A DNA stretch of 63,639 nucleotides, the filler included, from Octopus bimaculoides (taxonomy: Eukaryota), in the NCBI RefSeq assembly GCF_001194135.2. It is 6 parts of 6 records of this genome, joined end to end, with 100 filler letters (N's around TTAATTAATTAA, not from the genome) between each part and the next. Parts side by side here need not be neighbours in the genome. Positions count along the whole stretch, not along the records: positions 19,588 to 45,616 come from NC_069003.1; positions 45,717 to 58,114 come from NC_068994.1; 4 more parts are not named here. One strand, written 5' to 3'. Below are positions 39,991 through 52,850 of this stretch, one piece after another. Below the pieces are notes generated by a model, which had not been told where the DNA came from, ran no database searches, and was given only the letters and a program-made list of their open reading frames with translations. How positions within the stretch are numbered: position 1 is the stretch's first letter; each line of letters opens with the position of its first letter. A program made the translations under genes and the position numbers.

Positions 39991-40073
39991 CATAAATCGG
40001 AGAGAGACTATAATTAAAAAGGGAAAAAAGCCATTTAGCGTAATGTCCAGATAGCTAGAATGGGTGTGACATG

Positions 40074-40164
<91 letters not shown>

Positions 40165-40349
40165 GCAATGAGCTCCTTTGAGTTTCAGCAATACTTCACC
40201 TTGTTATTTCGTTCTAAGAGGCTGAAAATTCCACGTTTAAAGTATCCTTAATTAGAACCTACGCGATCCTAGGTCTGACAAAGAATGTCTTTGGGGATTC
40301 TAATTAATGTTTGTGTTGTTTTACAAATTCAGAACCTGATTGATCTATG

Positions 40350-40850
40350 ACATCTCGTAACAATCACTCTAAAACGTTATTTTTTAAAATTAGTCTTCAA
40401 TTTAAACCGATTGATTATCTCCATCGAGGTAATCGAACTTCTATCCTACTGATGTGCTCCTGCAAAATTTGTACCTCCTGAACCCCTTCAGTGCATAACG
40501 AATCACTCGCTGCTTATTATAAACTGCACTTGTCCATTATAGTGAGCAGCAGATTCCGATTCCAAATTCTATGATTTCAAGAACAACTGGACTGTTCTAA
40601 TATGCTCCCATTCGTGATTTAACCCTAGGTCTTCTCAGCGTAATCTCTGTGTCATCGCCATATTTGACGCGATTGACCAGACCGTTAGATGCTTGTTATA
40701 CACCGCTGGTCACATTTCGCTTGCAATTCTGTTTTCCATCGTCACCCAAGTTGCTTAAGTGAATCAACTTCCCATCGGTATGGGGGCAGTCTAAATGTTT
40801 TTTTTTCGATCTCCCCTGAAATATAGTAGCCAAATCTCCCTCAGATCAAT
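40350..40850 (-). mobile_element. Highly degenerate, internally deleted CR1/L2-like LINE RT remnant
   Basis: Ordered remnants KTFDCPH..KLIHLSNLGDDGK, NVTSGV*QAS, LVNRVKYGDDTEI and QRVIRYALKGFR parallel KAFDxVPH.RLxxKL, VTSGVPQGS, FADDTK and QRRATKxIxGL. Confidence 0.55.
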
Positions 40851-41126
40851 CAGTAACCTCCTGTTCAGGTGAAAGACACAGAATGATGCATTTGGCCGTT
40901 ATTTATAGGAGGTCCAGGTAAATGTTGCACGAACAAAAACAGGGAAATTTACAGGAAAAAAATGAGTAACACTGTAAAATTGATGCTCACAAGTCATTTT
41001 CCTTTGTCAGTTGCCCCTTCAAATTCAATCCAATTTCGGCCGCCGAAAACAAGCTGGTCAATATATAAATGTAGGGATTCTGCCCATGGGTGTTTGTCTG
41101 TATATGTGAATGTGTTAATGTACGTA

Positions 41127-41161
<35 letters not shown>

Positions 41162-41465
41162 NNNNNNNNNNNNNNNNNNNNNNNNNNNNNNNNNNNNNNN
41201 NNNNNNNNNNNNNNNNNNNNNNNNNNNNNNNNNNNNNNNNNNNNNNNNNNNNNNNNNNNNNNNNNNNNNNNNNNNNNNNNNNNNNNNNNNNNNNNNNNNN
41301 NNNNNNNNNNNNNNNNNNNNNNNNNNNNNNNNNNNNNNNNNNNNNNNNNNNNNNNNNNNNNNNNNNNNNNNNNNNNNNNNNNNNNNNNNNNNNNNNNNNN
41401 NNNNNNNNNNNNNNNNNNNNNNNNNNNNNNNNNNNNNNNNNNNNNNNNNNNNNNNNNNNNNNNNN

Positions 41466-41517
<52 letters not shown>

Positions 41518-42202
41518 TATATGTATATGGCTGTGTTTGTGTATGAGTGTGCGTGTGTATTTGTGTGGATAACGATTTTCGTATCGCAATGCATTACACA
41601 GAGGAGATAGAATGACGGAGTGTGTGAAGTGAAGTGACAGACACCATCAAACGAAGATTCAGTAAAGAAAGACACAAGCGAGACGCGCTGAAAGTGAGAC
41701 GACGAGTGGGTGTGTAGCGGAGTGAAGTATATAGATAGGTTTTTTGTTGTGGCTTCTGGGAATAATACACCTTAAATGCATTTAGTCATTGCTAGAAAAG
41801 AATAACAAGTAGATGTGTGCTTTGAGAGTAGTAATAGCGACTACTACTAACGCATAATTAACTTGCGACCAGCTTTTGTAAGTAAAAACAGCAGCCAGTA
41901 TGGTCACTATTAAGAGATAGAAATCGATGCTGCAGGCTAATGTTGTAGCCATTAATCAAAACATGAACTTATAATTGTCTCATGAGGAATTTTCGGTTCT
42001 TCCATAAGAGTACTGAGCCAAAATGCTTTAAGAATAATCGAATAAATAAATGAATAAATAGGTAAAAGGAACTTAGTTCTGTAGGGGAAAGCGGTAGGGG
42101 TAGGTTCTTTTTTTTTTCGTTTTCTTAAAGAATTATATCGAAAAGAGAAGTGAAAGAAATAAAAAGATGATACTAATGAAATATATTTAAAACACATACT
42201 CA

Positions 42203-42244
<42 letters not shown>

Positions 42245-43661
42245 NNNNNNNNNNNNNNNNNNNNNNNNNNNNNNNNNNNNNNNNNNNNNNNNNNNNNNNN
42301 NNNNNNNNNNNNNNNNNNNNNNNNNNNNNNNNNNNNNNNNNNNNNNNNNNNNNNNNNNNNNNNNNNNNNNNNNNNNNNNNNNNNNNNNNNNNNNNNNNNN
42401 NNNNNNNNNNNNNNNNNNNNNNNNNNNNNNNNNNNNNNNNNNNNNNNNNNNNNNNNNNNNNNNNNNNNNNNNNNNNNNNNNNNNNNNNNNNNNNNNNNNN
42501 NNNNNNNNNNNNNNNNNNNNNNNNNNNNNNNNNNNNNNNNNNNNNNNNNNNNNNNNNNNNNNNNNNNNNNNNNNNNNNNNNNNNNNNNNNNNNNNNNNNN
42601 NNNNNNNNNNNNNNNNNNNNNNNNNNNNNNNNNNNNNNNNNNNNNNNNNNNNNNNNNNNNNNNNNNNNNNNNNNNNNNNNNNNNNNNNNNNNNNNNNNNN
42701 NNNNNNNNNNNNNNNNNNNNNNNNNNNNNNNNNNNNNNNNNNNNNNNNNNNNNNNNNNNNNNNNNNNNNNNNNNNNNNNNNNNNNNNNNNNNNNNNNNNN
42801 NNNNNNNNNNNNNNNNNNNNNNNNNNNNNNNNNNNNNNNNNNNNNNNNNNNNNNNNNNNNNNNNNNNNNNNNNNNNNNNNNNNNNNNNNNNNNNNNNNNN
42901 NNNNNNNNNNNNNNNNNNNNNNNNNNNNNNNNNNNNNNNNNNNNNNNNNNNNNNNNNNNNNNNNNNNNNNNNNNNNNNNNNNNNNNNNNNNNNNNNNNNN
43001 NNNNNNNNNNNNNNNNNNNNNNNNNNNNNNNNNNNNNNNNNNNNNNNNNNNNNNNNNNNNNNNNNNNNNNNNNNNNNNNNNNNNNNNNNNNNNNNNNNNN
43101 NNNNNAAACGCCATTGAATGCGAGAGTAGAGATTAATATTTTGTTTCCATTCTTTTGTGGTCGCAGTTTTTTCTTCCTGAGTTTTGACTGTGGATGGTTT
43201 AGTTTTGTTGAAAACTCTCTTCGAGCACGGCTGAGGCTCAGAGTAGCAAGAAGTTGACTCAACCAAAATAAATTTTAAATATGTATGACGGACTCTCCCC
43301 GCCTAAACAATGACGTTTGCGAGTCTTCTAAATGGCAAAGAAAATTTTTATTGAGATATGTTTTTTTTTTTATCTGGACATAATCGCACCCTTTCCATGA
43401 AATCGATTTTTTCTGTACAGAGGCACCGGTTGCCGCACGACAGATGTCCACGTGATCGCAGAGCAACGTGAGATGATAAGCTTTGATGAAGAACATAACA
43501 CAACGGCCTATCCTGGAATCGAAACCTCCATCTGACAATTGTGAATATTCAGTCACCACAACCTACATAGGTACGTATGTCAGACACACAGATAGATTTG
43601 CAAACAGACACACACACAAATAGATAGATAAATAGATAAACAGACAAACAGACAGACAGAC

Positions 43662-43719
<58 letters not shown>

Positions 43720-44440
43720 TTAGATAGATAATCTTTTCATCGCTACAGCTACTTCACCCTTTTATGTTTGTGTGTTCTTGTTCGTCCCCTCTTTGTAATG
43801 ATTTTATGGCAAATATTTACGAAATAAAGTAGATTGCTTCTCTCTGTCGTTGTCGGACGTGTTTTTGGTGAGTGGAACGTTTTGTTCAAAATTGGATTGT
43901 TGTTGTTGAAATTATTAACGTGTCGAACATTTTCGAATTGTCGACAATTGTTAAATTGTTGAATTTTTGACATTATTTGTGCCTTACCCCAGTGACAGGA
44001 GAAAGGAATTCTCTGTGTAAAGACATTTTGGCATCATTGTGTGCTAAAAATTGAACATTTTAAAGCCGTTGTAGGCTTATTATTTAAACTATATTCCTCA
44101 TTAAGAGGAGGGGAAAAAAAAAAACATTATAGGTTTCCCGTTTTCAAAAAATAAACTTTTGATAGGATTTGAACTGGTATCCTCTTTAAGAGGAAAAAAA
44201 AATATAGGTTTCTCGTCTTTAATGTGTTCTGTGCTTTGTTGGAAATTAGACTTAAGCCTCTGTATTTGAACTATTGTCCTCATTAATAGGGGGGAAAAAA
44301 ACAGATTATAGGTTTCCTGTTTTAGAAAAAGTGAGCGCATTGCAGGCTCTACTACTACTACTACTACATAACCCCTCCCAGCGGGGGGTATGTATATATG
44401 TGTGTGTCTGTGTGTATGTATATATATATATATATGTATG

Positions 44441-44645
44441 GGTGTCTGTGTTTATCTTCCATCATCGCTTGACAATCGATGCTGGTGTGTTTACGTCCCC
44501 GTAACTTAGCATTTCAGCAAAATAGTCCGATAGAATAAGTACTAGGCTTACAATGAATAAGTTCTAGGTTCGATTCGTTCGACTAAAGGTGGTGCTCCAG
44601 CATGGCCGCAGTCAAATGAGTGAAACATGTTATAAAAGAATAAAT
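44441..44645 (+). mobile_element. 3' half of the tRNA-derived SINE family
   Basis: CATCGCTTGACAATCGATGCTGGTGTGTTTACGTCCCCGTAACTTAGC...CGACTAAAGGTGGTGCTCCAGCATGGCCGCAGTCAAATGA. Confidence 0.85.
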
Positions 44646-45583
44646 AAATACATGCATGGATATGTGCAGTTGTTTACGAGACATATAGAAATACATTCAG
44701 AGGTATACGATCTCCCTGAACATGAATATGAAAACGCACAAATGATCTCATTAACATAAAACGTTGTAATTTATATTCCATGTTGATTCAACCTTTTGCA
44801 TGTTCTTAGACGCACACATTTATATATTTACGTCCACATCTATCCACATAGACAGTGCAAGTATGCAGTCTAATGCAGACACACAAATTATGGCGTGTTG
44901 CAACGCAAGCCTATGCACACTTCTTTCGTAGACTCGCAGACGTGCAAGGTGAAATGAAGAGCGCGATGAATCACGAAAGGAAGATTTAAAGAAAAAAAAT
45001 AAATAAACGAATGATTAAGTTATATTAAAGCAATGAATTAAGTTAGACGAGTGATGAATAAATAAATAAATGGAATGAGATAAATAACATACGTTACTTG
45101 AAATGATGATAAATGGCTATAAGTGGTCAATGATGAAAGGTGATAGAAAGTAATAAAGATAGTAAAATAAATTATGTGATTTGACTTCAAAAGAAATTGG
45201 CTTTGGCAAGAAGAGAAGAGAGAAGAGAAGAGAAGGAACGACGTGGATGGGTGTTTGGGAGAAACAACCGGAAGTAGGAAAGGCCCTTCAGTAAGAAATT
45301 TAAACCAATACACGCATATAAACATACACATGTACATATATACATATGTGTATATATATTTATACATACACATATATGAATGTTTCAATGCATACTCGTT
45401 TATATGTGTAAATATATGTAGGTGTGTGTGTATGTGTGAGTGTGTGCGCGTGTGTGTGTATATATATATATATGTGTAAATATATATATGTGTATATTCA
45501 TATACAATGCTAAGCATCTACCTATTTACCTATTTATCTATCTATCTTTTTATATACATATGTACATATATACATATACCCCT

Positions 45584-45616
<33 letters not shown>

Positions 45617-45716
45617 NNNNNNNNNNNNNNNNNNNNNNNNNNNNNNNNNNNNNNNNNNNNTTAATTAATTAANNNNNNNNNNNNNNNNNNNNNNNNNNNN
45701 NNNNNNNNNNNNNNNN

Positions 45717-46062
45717 CAACCACATGGTTCTGGATTCAGTCTCACTGCGTGGTACATTGGGTAAATGTCTTCTACTATAGCCTCAGGCCGACCAAAGCGT
45801 TGTGAGTGGATTTGGTAGACAGAAACTGAAAGAAGCCTGTCGTATATATATATATATATATGTATGTTTGTCCCTCCAACATCGCTTGACAACTGATGTT
45901 AGTGCGTTTACGTCCCTGTAACTTAGCAGTTTGGCAAAAGAGACTGATAGATTAAGTACTAGGCTTATAAAGAATAAGTCCTGGGGTCGATTTGCTCGAC
46001 TAAAGGCGGTGATCCAGCATGGCTGCAGTCAAATGACTGAAACAGGTAAAAAAATAAAAGAA
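45717..46062 (+). mobile_element. tRNA-derived SINE, near full length (head cut by a gap)
   Basis: Collinear with 62634-63061 over its whole length. Confidence 0.88.
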
Positions 46063-46066
46063 TATA

Positions 46067-46433
46067 TTTTATCTGTTTCAGTCATTAGACTTGAAAGATG
46101 TTTTTAGTCGAATGTACTGACCTCTGCACTTGATTTTTTTTTCTTTTTTTAAAGCTTGATACTTATTCTATCAGTCTCTTTTTGCTGAACTGCTAAGTTA
46201 AAGGGATGTGAACAAGCCAACACCAGTTGTCAGGCAGTGTTGAGGGACAAACACAGACACAAAGGCGCGTGCACACACACAGTTGTCTTCTTTCAGTTTC
46301 CGTCTACCAAATCCACTCACAAGGCTTTGCTTGGCCCATGGCTATAGTAGAAGTTACTTGCCTGATGTGCCATGCAGTGGGACTGAACCCAGAATCATGT
46401 GGTTGGAAAGCAAGCTTCTTATCACATGACCAG
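46067..46433 (-). mobile_element. tRNA-derived SINE, same family, tail-to-tail with the preceding copy
   Basis: CTTCTTTCAGTTTCCGTCTACCAAATCCACTCACAAGGCTTTG...GGACTGAACCCAGAATCATGTGGTTGGAAAGCAAGCTTCTT is the reverse complement of the family head and body. Confidence 0.88.
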
Positions 46434-48277
46434 TGGATTCTTCTGTTAACTTTGCAAGAGTCTAACCACCAATATTACATCTATTGAACTACTGATATAT
46501 AATTTATTTTCAGTGGTGAAGACTTGTATAGGATCAGCCATGTTTTATGAAAATACTGATAGCAGAAAGTTGGTTCAAATGTTTGTCATAAACTCAGAGA
46601 ACAACATACCTCAGGTCTTTCTATTAGAATTCTCCGTCGCTTAGGTGAGTTGCCTTTGCCATGGCTTAGAGTCTAACCCACCCTGGTAGGCTAAATGTGC
46701 ACCTGGATACCAAATCAGAAATTTCTAAATCCTCACACATACGTATGTATATCATAGTTGGATGGCCTTTGTCTCTTCTGAGTTCATCCGCCCTTTAACA
46801 GGTTTTACTTTTCATTCTGCAGGGTGTCCAAAAACCACTCTACTTACCCAAGTAGGCTTGGGTGTGTTGCCAGTTTAGATGCTGACAGCCTGACCATGCA
46901 ACAGGTTGTACTTGGTTACTTGTTACCAGTAGCACTCAACAGTGACCTTATATCATATATTGTATATAGTTTTGTTTTACATTGGGAAATGACCTCCCAG
47001 AAATCACCCTTTATCGTCTACAAAAAAAAAGGGTAACATTCTTCATCATCTACAGTTTCTACAGCTGGATGCCCTTCCTAACACCAACCACTCCGAGAGT
47101 GTAGTGGGTGTTTTACATGCCACCGGCACGAGGGCCAGTCAGGCGGAACTGGCAACGGCCATGCTCGAAATGGGGCCACCTGCACAGGAGCCAGTCCAAT
47201 TTCAATTACATGCTAAGATATGGTTTTACAGGCAAATGCAGTGAAATGTTTTCAAAGATGGAGATTACAATAATGTTGATGAGAATTTTATTTATTTATT
47301 ATTTGTTTTAGAAAGAAAAATGTCAATTACAGCCATTATTAAACTATTTCATTATAATCTCCACCTAGCTGCAACAACAAAACTAATACAGCTGTTTCAG
47401 TAAAACCAACAATTGTATATATAAAAGCTTAGCCGTTACAACTCCCCACTGACCTGTTTTGTTAAAAATCATCAAAAGTTTTATCATTACAACCATTATC
47501 AAGCTATTTTATTATAATCACCCCTGAGTTGTATCATTACAAACACTTCTAAGACCTCATACTCGGCAGTGAAATGTTTTTTTACAACTACAATTTAGCT
47601 GTAATATTACAACTACCATCAAGTTATTTCATTGCAATCAACACTGAACTGTCATTTACAAGCTTCACTGAGGTCTCATTTCAAATACCTGTGGCAGTGT
47701 CTCATTATAATCAATACTCATCTCGTTATCATCATCATCAGCATCACTATTTAATGTCCCTTTTTTGCATGGTGGCATGGGTTAGATGCTTCAACAAGAA
47801 CTGATGAGCCAAGCTCCACTGTCTGCTTTGATATGGTGTGAACAGCTGGATGCTCTTCCTAATGCCAACCACTTCACATAGTGTACTGGGTACTTTTTCC
47901 ATTGCATTAGCATTGGTGAGGTTACCAAGTACTCACATGATTCTACAAAGACATATAACTTTTTGGAGTCAGGATGACCCTGGGAATTGCCCTTCATTTG
48001 GTTCTTGAACATCCAGCATTGGAATTGGATTTTAAAGCATTTCGGTTGCTATTTCAAGAAGGTAAAGCTTGGCTGATTCATGCCATCTTGGTTGGTGTTT
48101 GTCAGATGACATTAGAGATCAAGGGAGAGATAAATGACATTTGCTTCATTAATTTTACATTGAGATAAGAACTTTGGGACAAATTGGCCAACAGTTGGAA
48201 TTCAAATTGGGACTAGATCAATCGAATGATTGCATTACAGAATTAACCTCTGATCAAACACCACTAGGCCATATAGT

Positions 48278-49850
48278 CATGATCATGATCATTATCATCA
48301 TCATTTAACATCTGCTTTCCATGCTGGCATGGGTTGGATGGTTTGACTGAGGACTGGCAAGCCAGAAGGCTGCACCAAAATCCAATCTGATCTGGCAAGG
48401 TTTCTACAACTGGATGCCCTTCCTAACGCCAACCACTCTGAGAGTGTAGTGGGTGCTTTTTACATGCCACCAGCACGGGGGCCAGTCAGGTGGTACTGGC
48501 ATCGGCCACGACAATGATTTCATTTGACTCAACAGGTCTTCTCAAGTACAGTATATTGCTCAATTATTGAAGGGTATTCTTAAATGAGCCAGTTATGCGA
48601 CACTGGCATAGGCCATGGCTACGGTTTCACTTGGATGCTGGATCTTCTCAAGCACAGCAGATCTCCAAAGTCTCGGTCACTTGTCATTGCCTTCATGAGG
48701 CCGGGCATTTAAAGGTCATGCTTCACCACCCCATCCCAGGTCTTCCTGGGTCTACCTCTACCACAGGTTCCCTCCACTGTTAGAGTGTGACACTTTTTCA
48801 CACAGCTGTCTTCATCCATACATAACACATGACCATATCAGCGCAGTCGTCTCTCTTGCACACTGATGCTTCTTAGGTCCAACTTTTCTTTCAGGGCGCT
48901 TACACACTGTTGTGTATGCACACTCACATTAAACATCCAGCAGAACATACTAGCCTAATTTCTTGAAAGCTTACACATGTCCTCAGCAGTCACAGCCCAT
49001 GTTTCACTGCTGTGTAGCATGGCTGTTCGCACACATGCATCATACAGTCTACCTGTCACTCTGAGCCTTAGGCCCTTTGTTCCCAGCAGAGGTAGGAGCT
49101 CTCTAAACTTTGACCAGGCTATTCTCATTCTAGCATCCACCCCCACTACTGACTTGGTCATCTAGGTATCAGCTACTTCTAGTTTTTCCCCCTGGCATGT
49201 GATGGAAGCTATTTTTTGCACATTTTCAGTGTTTATTGCTCCTGTGCATCTGCCACACAAAAACTATCTTCCCAGTTAGCCTCTTATGTGTCCATAACTT
49301 ACACCATGTACATCTTATGGAGTTTCTACCTATGCCTTTTCTACAGATTGAGCAGGGCCATCTACTTGAAGGGATTTGTGATGTGATTTGTTTGCCTTCC
49401 TATTTACTAAGACTTTGGTTTTTGCTAGATTGACTCTAAGGCCCTTTGATTCTAGACCTTGCTTCCACACCTGAAACTTCTCCTCTAGTTCTGATAGTGA
49501 CTCAGCTATTAGAGCAAGGTCATCAACACAGAGGAGCTCTCAGGAGCATCCTGTCTTGAATTCCTCTATTATTGCCTATGATGAATAAGAGGGGGCTGAG
49601 GACTGATCCTTGGTGAACCCCTGCCTCTACCTGGAATTCTTCGCTATACTCATTGCCAACCATCACCTTACTGATAGCATCCCTGTACATGGCTTGTACA
49701 TCTCTCACTAACCTCTCATCTATCACTAGTTTCCACATTGATAGATGTATTATAGTCATGCTATTTATCTATAGCTTTAGGTCTCAGACCCAATTAGCCT
49801 TCCACATGAGCCAGCTTAAAAGTCTGCATGGAATGCAGTTTTTAAGATAG
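48278..49850 (-). mobile_element. RTE LINE, 3' ~1.6 kb (RT domain to (GAT)n tail), degenerate
   Basis: LVRDVQAMYRDAISKVMVGNEYSEEFQVEAGVHQGSVLSPLLFII and ARMRIAWSKFRELLPLL...GRLYDACVRTAMLHSSETWAVT, followed by the 3'UTR and a CATCATCAT tail on the + strand. Confidence 0.92.
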
Positions 49851-50245
49851 TATATGTATATAGTGATACTAATTTCTCAGTGTTTTAGAATGTACTGATG
49901 CAGTATTATTTAAGATACACAGACATACATGTAACCAGGTTTCAGAAAACACTTCTGAGCCAATGAAGAAGCCTTTATATGATCACGTGACCTGCTAGAA
50001 ACAGCAGCCGAATCTTCTTTAAATTACACCCTGTCATCTATAACACAAAGGGAAAGTCACATTGGAGAATTCAATCTCAGAATTACAAAACACAAGAATG
50101 TTCTTGGACTGGAATTCATTTGATAATAGGTCTGTTTGATCAGAACTGGCCTTGTGCTAAATTACAAAAAATCCTTCAGAATTAATTAGATGTTAACCTT
50201 CTTCCAGGTAAACTAAAACTCTTGTTATACGTACATGAACATATA

Positions 50246-50630
50246 AGTGCAGGCATGATGGTGTAGTTGAGAAGCTCACTTTGCAATGATGTGGTTTTAG
50301 GTTCAGTCCCACTGCACAGAACCATAGGCCAAGGTTGACCTTGTGAGTGAGTTTGTTTGACAGAAACTATGGGAGGCGACAACATGGCAGAAACGTTAGC
50401 ACGCCGGGCGAAATGCTCAGCGGTATTTCATCTGCCATTACATTCTGAGTTCAAATTCTGCCGAGGTCGACTTTGCTTTTCACCCTTTCGGGGTCGATAA
50501 ATTAAGTACCAGTTACGTACTGGGGTCGATCTAATCGACTTAATCCCTTTGTCTGTCCTTGTTTGTCCCCTCTATGTTTAGTCCCTTGTGGGCAATAAAG
50601 AAATAAGAAACTGTGGGAGCCTGTTGCATA
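50246..50630 (+). mobile_element. Old SINE (first family) interrupted by a younger SINE
   Basis: Head GCAGGCATG..GTGTAGTTGAGAAGC..GGTTCAGTCCCACTG, and body TTGTGAGTG..GACAGAAACT..GAAG resuming after 50606. Confidence 0.75.
50376..50605 (+). mobile_element. Young full-length tRNA-derived SINE (Nin-domain-like core) with a 14-bp TSD
   Basis: TGGCAGAAACGTTAGC A-box and GAGTTCAAATTC B-box; GTCGACTTTGCTTTTCACCCTTTCGGGGTCGATAAATTAAGTACCAG core. TSD AGAAACT(A/G)TGGGAG at 50362-50375 and 50606-50619; CpGs retained. Confidence 0.92.
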
Positions 50631-50663
50631 TTTTATATATATACTATAAATTGCAGTGTTCTT

Positions 50664-50917
50664 GATTGATTGATTGATTGATTGAGTGTCGGCAGATTCA
50701 CTCGAGAACGGTGCAGTGGAATCGCGTGAAATTCAGCAGAGCGGCAGCATGGTCCGCTGATGTTCAGGAGATTTTATTGCCCTCCAACTCCCATGGTTAC
50801 CGAGATAATCGATTATTACTTTTTAAGATAGGAATATCCCATTCAAAGTGGGGAGGGGCGATTTTGTTGCCTTTCCCATGCGCGAAATTTTACGAAAAAC
50901 CAGCACAATAAAGATTA
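50664..50917 (-). mobile_element. 3' end of a young retroelement with an (AATC)n tail; continues into the gap
   Basis: CpG-rich unique-looking segment with a minus-strand AATAAA, ending in five TCAA repeats. Family not identified. Confidence 0.45.
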
Positions 50918-51769
50918 NNNNNNNNNNNNNNNNNNNNNNNNNNNNNNNNNNNNNNNNNNNNNNNNNNNNNNNNNNNNNNNNNNNNNNNNNNNNNNNNNNN
51001 NNNNNNNNNNNNNNNNNNNNNNNNNNNNNNNNNNNNNNNNNNNNNNNNNNNNNNNNNNNNNNNNNNNNNNNNNNNNNNNNNNNNNNNNNNNNNNNNNNNN
51101 NNNNNNNNNNNNNNNNNNNNNNNNNNNNNNNNNNNNNNNNNNNNNNNNNNNNNNNNNNNNNNNNNNNNNNNNNNNNNNNNNNNNNNNNNNNNNNNNNNNN
51201 NNNNNNNNNNNNNNNNNNNNNNNNNNNNNNNNNNNNNNNNNNNNNNNNNNNNNNNNNNNNNNNNNNNNNNNNNNNNNNNNNNNNNNNNNNNNNNNNNNNN
51301 NNNNNNNNNNNNNNNNNNNNNNNNNNNNNNNNNNNNNNNNNNNNNNNNNNNNNNNNNNNNNNNNNNNNNNNNNNNNNNNNNNNNNNNNNNNNNNNNNNNN
51401 NNNNNNNNNNNNNNNNNNNNNNNNNNNNNNNNNNNNNNNNNNNNNNNNNNNNNNNNNNNNNNNNNNNNNNNNNNNNNNNNNNNNNNNNNNNNNNNNNNNN
51501 NNNNNNNNNNNNNNNNNNNNNNNNNNNNNNNNNNNNNNNNNNNNNNNNNNNNNNNNNNNNNNNNNNNNNNNNNNNNNNNNNNNNNNNNNNNNNNNNNNNN
51601 NNNNNNNNNNNNNNNNNNNNNNNNNNNNNNNNNNNNNNNNNNNNNNNNNNNNNNNNNNNNNNNNNNNNNNNNNNNNNNNNNNNNNNNNNNNNNNNNNNNN
51701 NGTGTGTGTGTGTGTGAGGATGGGGGAAGGAAGAAGGTGACGTGTGAACTGATGTTGCTATAGCAACCA

Positions 51770-52850
51770 GTCTGCTTTGTGTAGTTCCTTCCTGTTGTTA
51801 ATGACTGGTCTCACTTTGTTTATAAGGAGGGCTTGCATAATTCTGAGTTTGCCCCTGTTGTGTTGGGTTGCCTTGATGGAAACTTTGAAGTTTTGGGTTT
51901 GGCACTTCCTAAGGTGTTTCTTTATCGAAGTATCTGCATATGCTCCTTTATTCAGATGCGTAGTTTCCTAGTGTTGCTCCCTATGTAGGATGTTCCACAG
52001 TTATTGCAGACTACCTTGTATACTACATAGGCCCTCAAGCATGCTTTGATGTTGTTGACAGTGGGTGTGCACCCCATGGTGCTCTCTGGTATTTTTGCTC
52101 AACAGAACTTTCCTTAGGGATGGAGTGGTGTGTACCAACTGTATGTTAAGTCCCACCCTGCAGAAATCACACATAGGATAGCTACCATTGTTCTGTCATC
52201 AAAGTAGGGCAGTCTAAGGAAGCACTATTCTGACCTGATGTTATGGAGTTTATTATGTTGTTTACTCACTTTTGTGTTTCACAGATGCAGTCGTTTAGCT
52301 GCAGATGGTGGATAGCCATTATGCACTAAGTTCTTGAGGAACCACATGGTGTTAGTAGCTTTGTCGGTTACTTCACTGTATCTGTTTTTTATGTGTGATC
52401 TCATTCTGTATGTATGTGGCTTTGGCGCTGGGGGGTAGGGCTGATTTGTAATGTATAAACAGATTCCTACTGGCTGCTTTTTTATAAAAATTTATTTAGA
52501 TGTAACCCTCCCCTGTGATCTTGATTTGGAAATCTAGCAGAGGGTTCCAGACTTGTCTGGGTGTTCAATGTTGAATCTTTTGTGACTGTTGATGTTGTTG
52601 AATTTTTCATGTGTGGTGTTCACTTCTTCCTGGGATGAGGTGAGCATCAGGATATTGTTGATATACCTAGAGAAGATGCATGTGTTCAAGCTGGTCCATG
52701 TACTAGACAGCTAGCAGACCTGAGAGGCTTAGATCCCATTGGTAGGCCTGAAATCTGTTTAAATATCTCATCGTTGAACTGGAAGTAGGTGTTCCCTACT
52801 ATTATGACAAGTAATTCGTGGATATCCGAGGGTGCAAAGCTAAAAAGATG
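51770..52850 (-). mobile_element. Penelope-like retroelement remnant (RT C-terminal part plus GIY-YIG endonuclease)
   Basis: FQFNDEIFKQISGLPMGS, RYINNILML (degenerate YxDD) and FNIEHPDKSGTL..LDFQI, then YVVYKVVCNNCGTSYIGSNTRKLRI*IKEH (GIY-YIG) and LRIMQALLINKVRPVINNRKE. Confidence 0.88.

Noticed and set aside
50376-50460. tRNA-like A/B boxes here and in other SINE heads
   Set aside because: These are SINE heads with extended A-B spacing and no cloverleaf, so no true tRNA gene was called. No rRNA or CRISPR array was seen.
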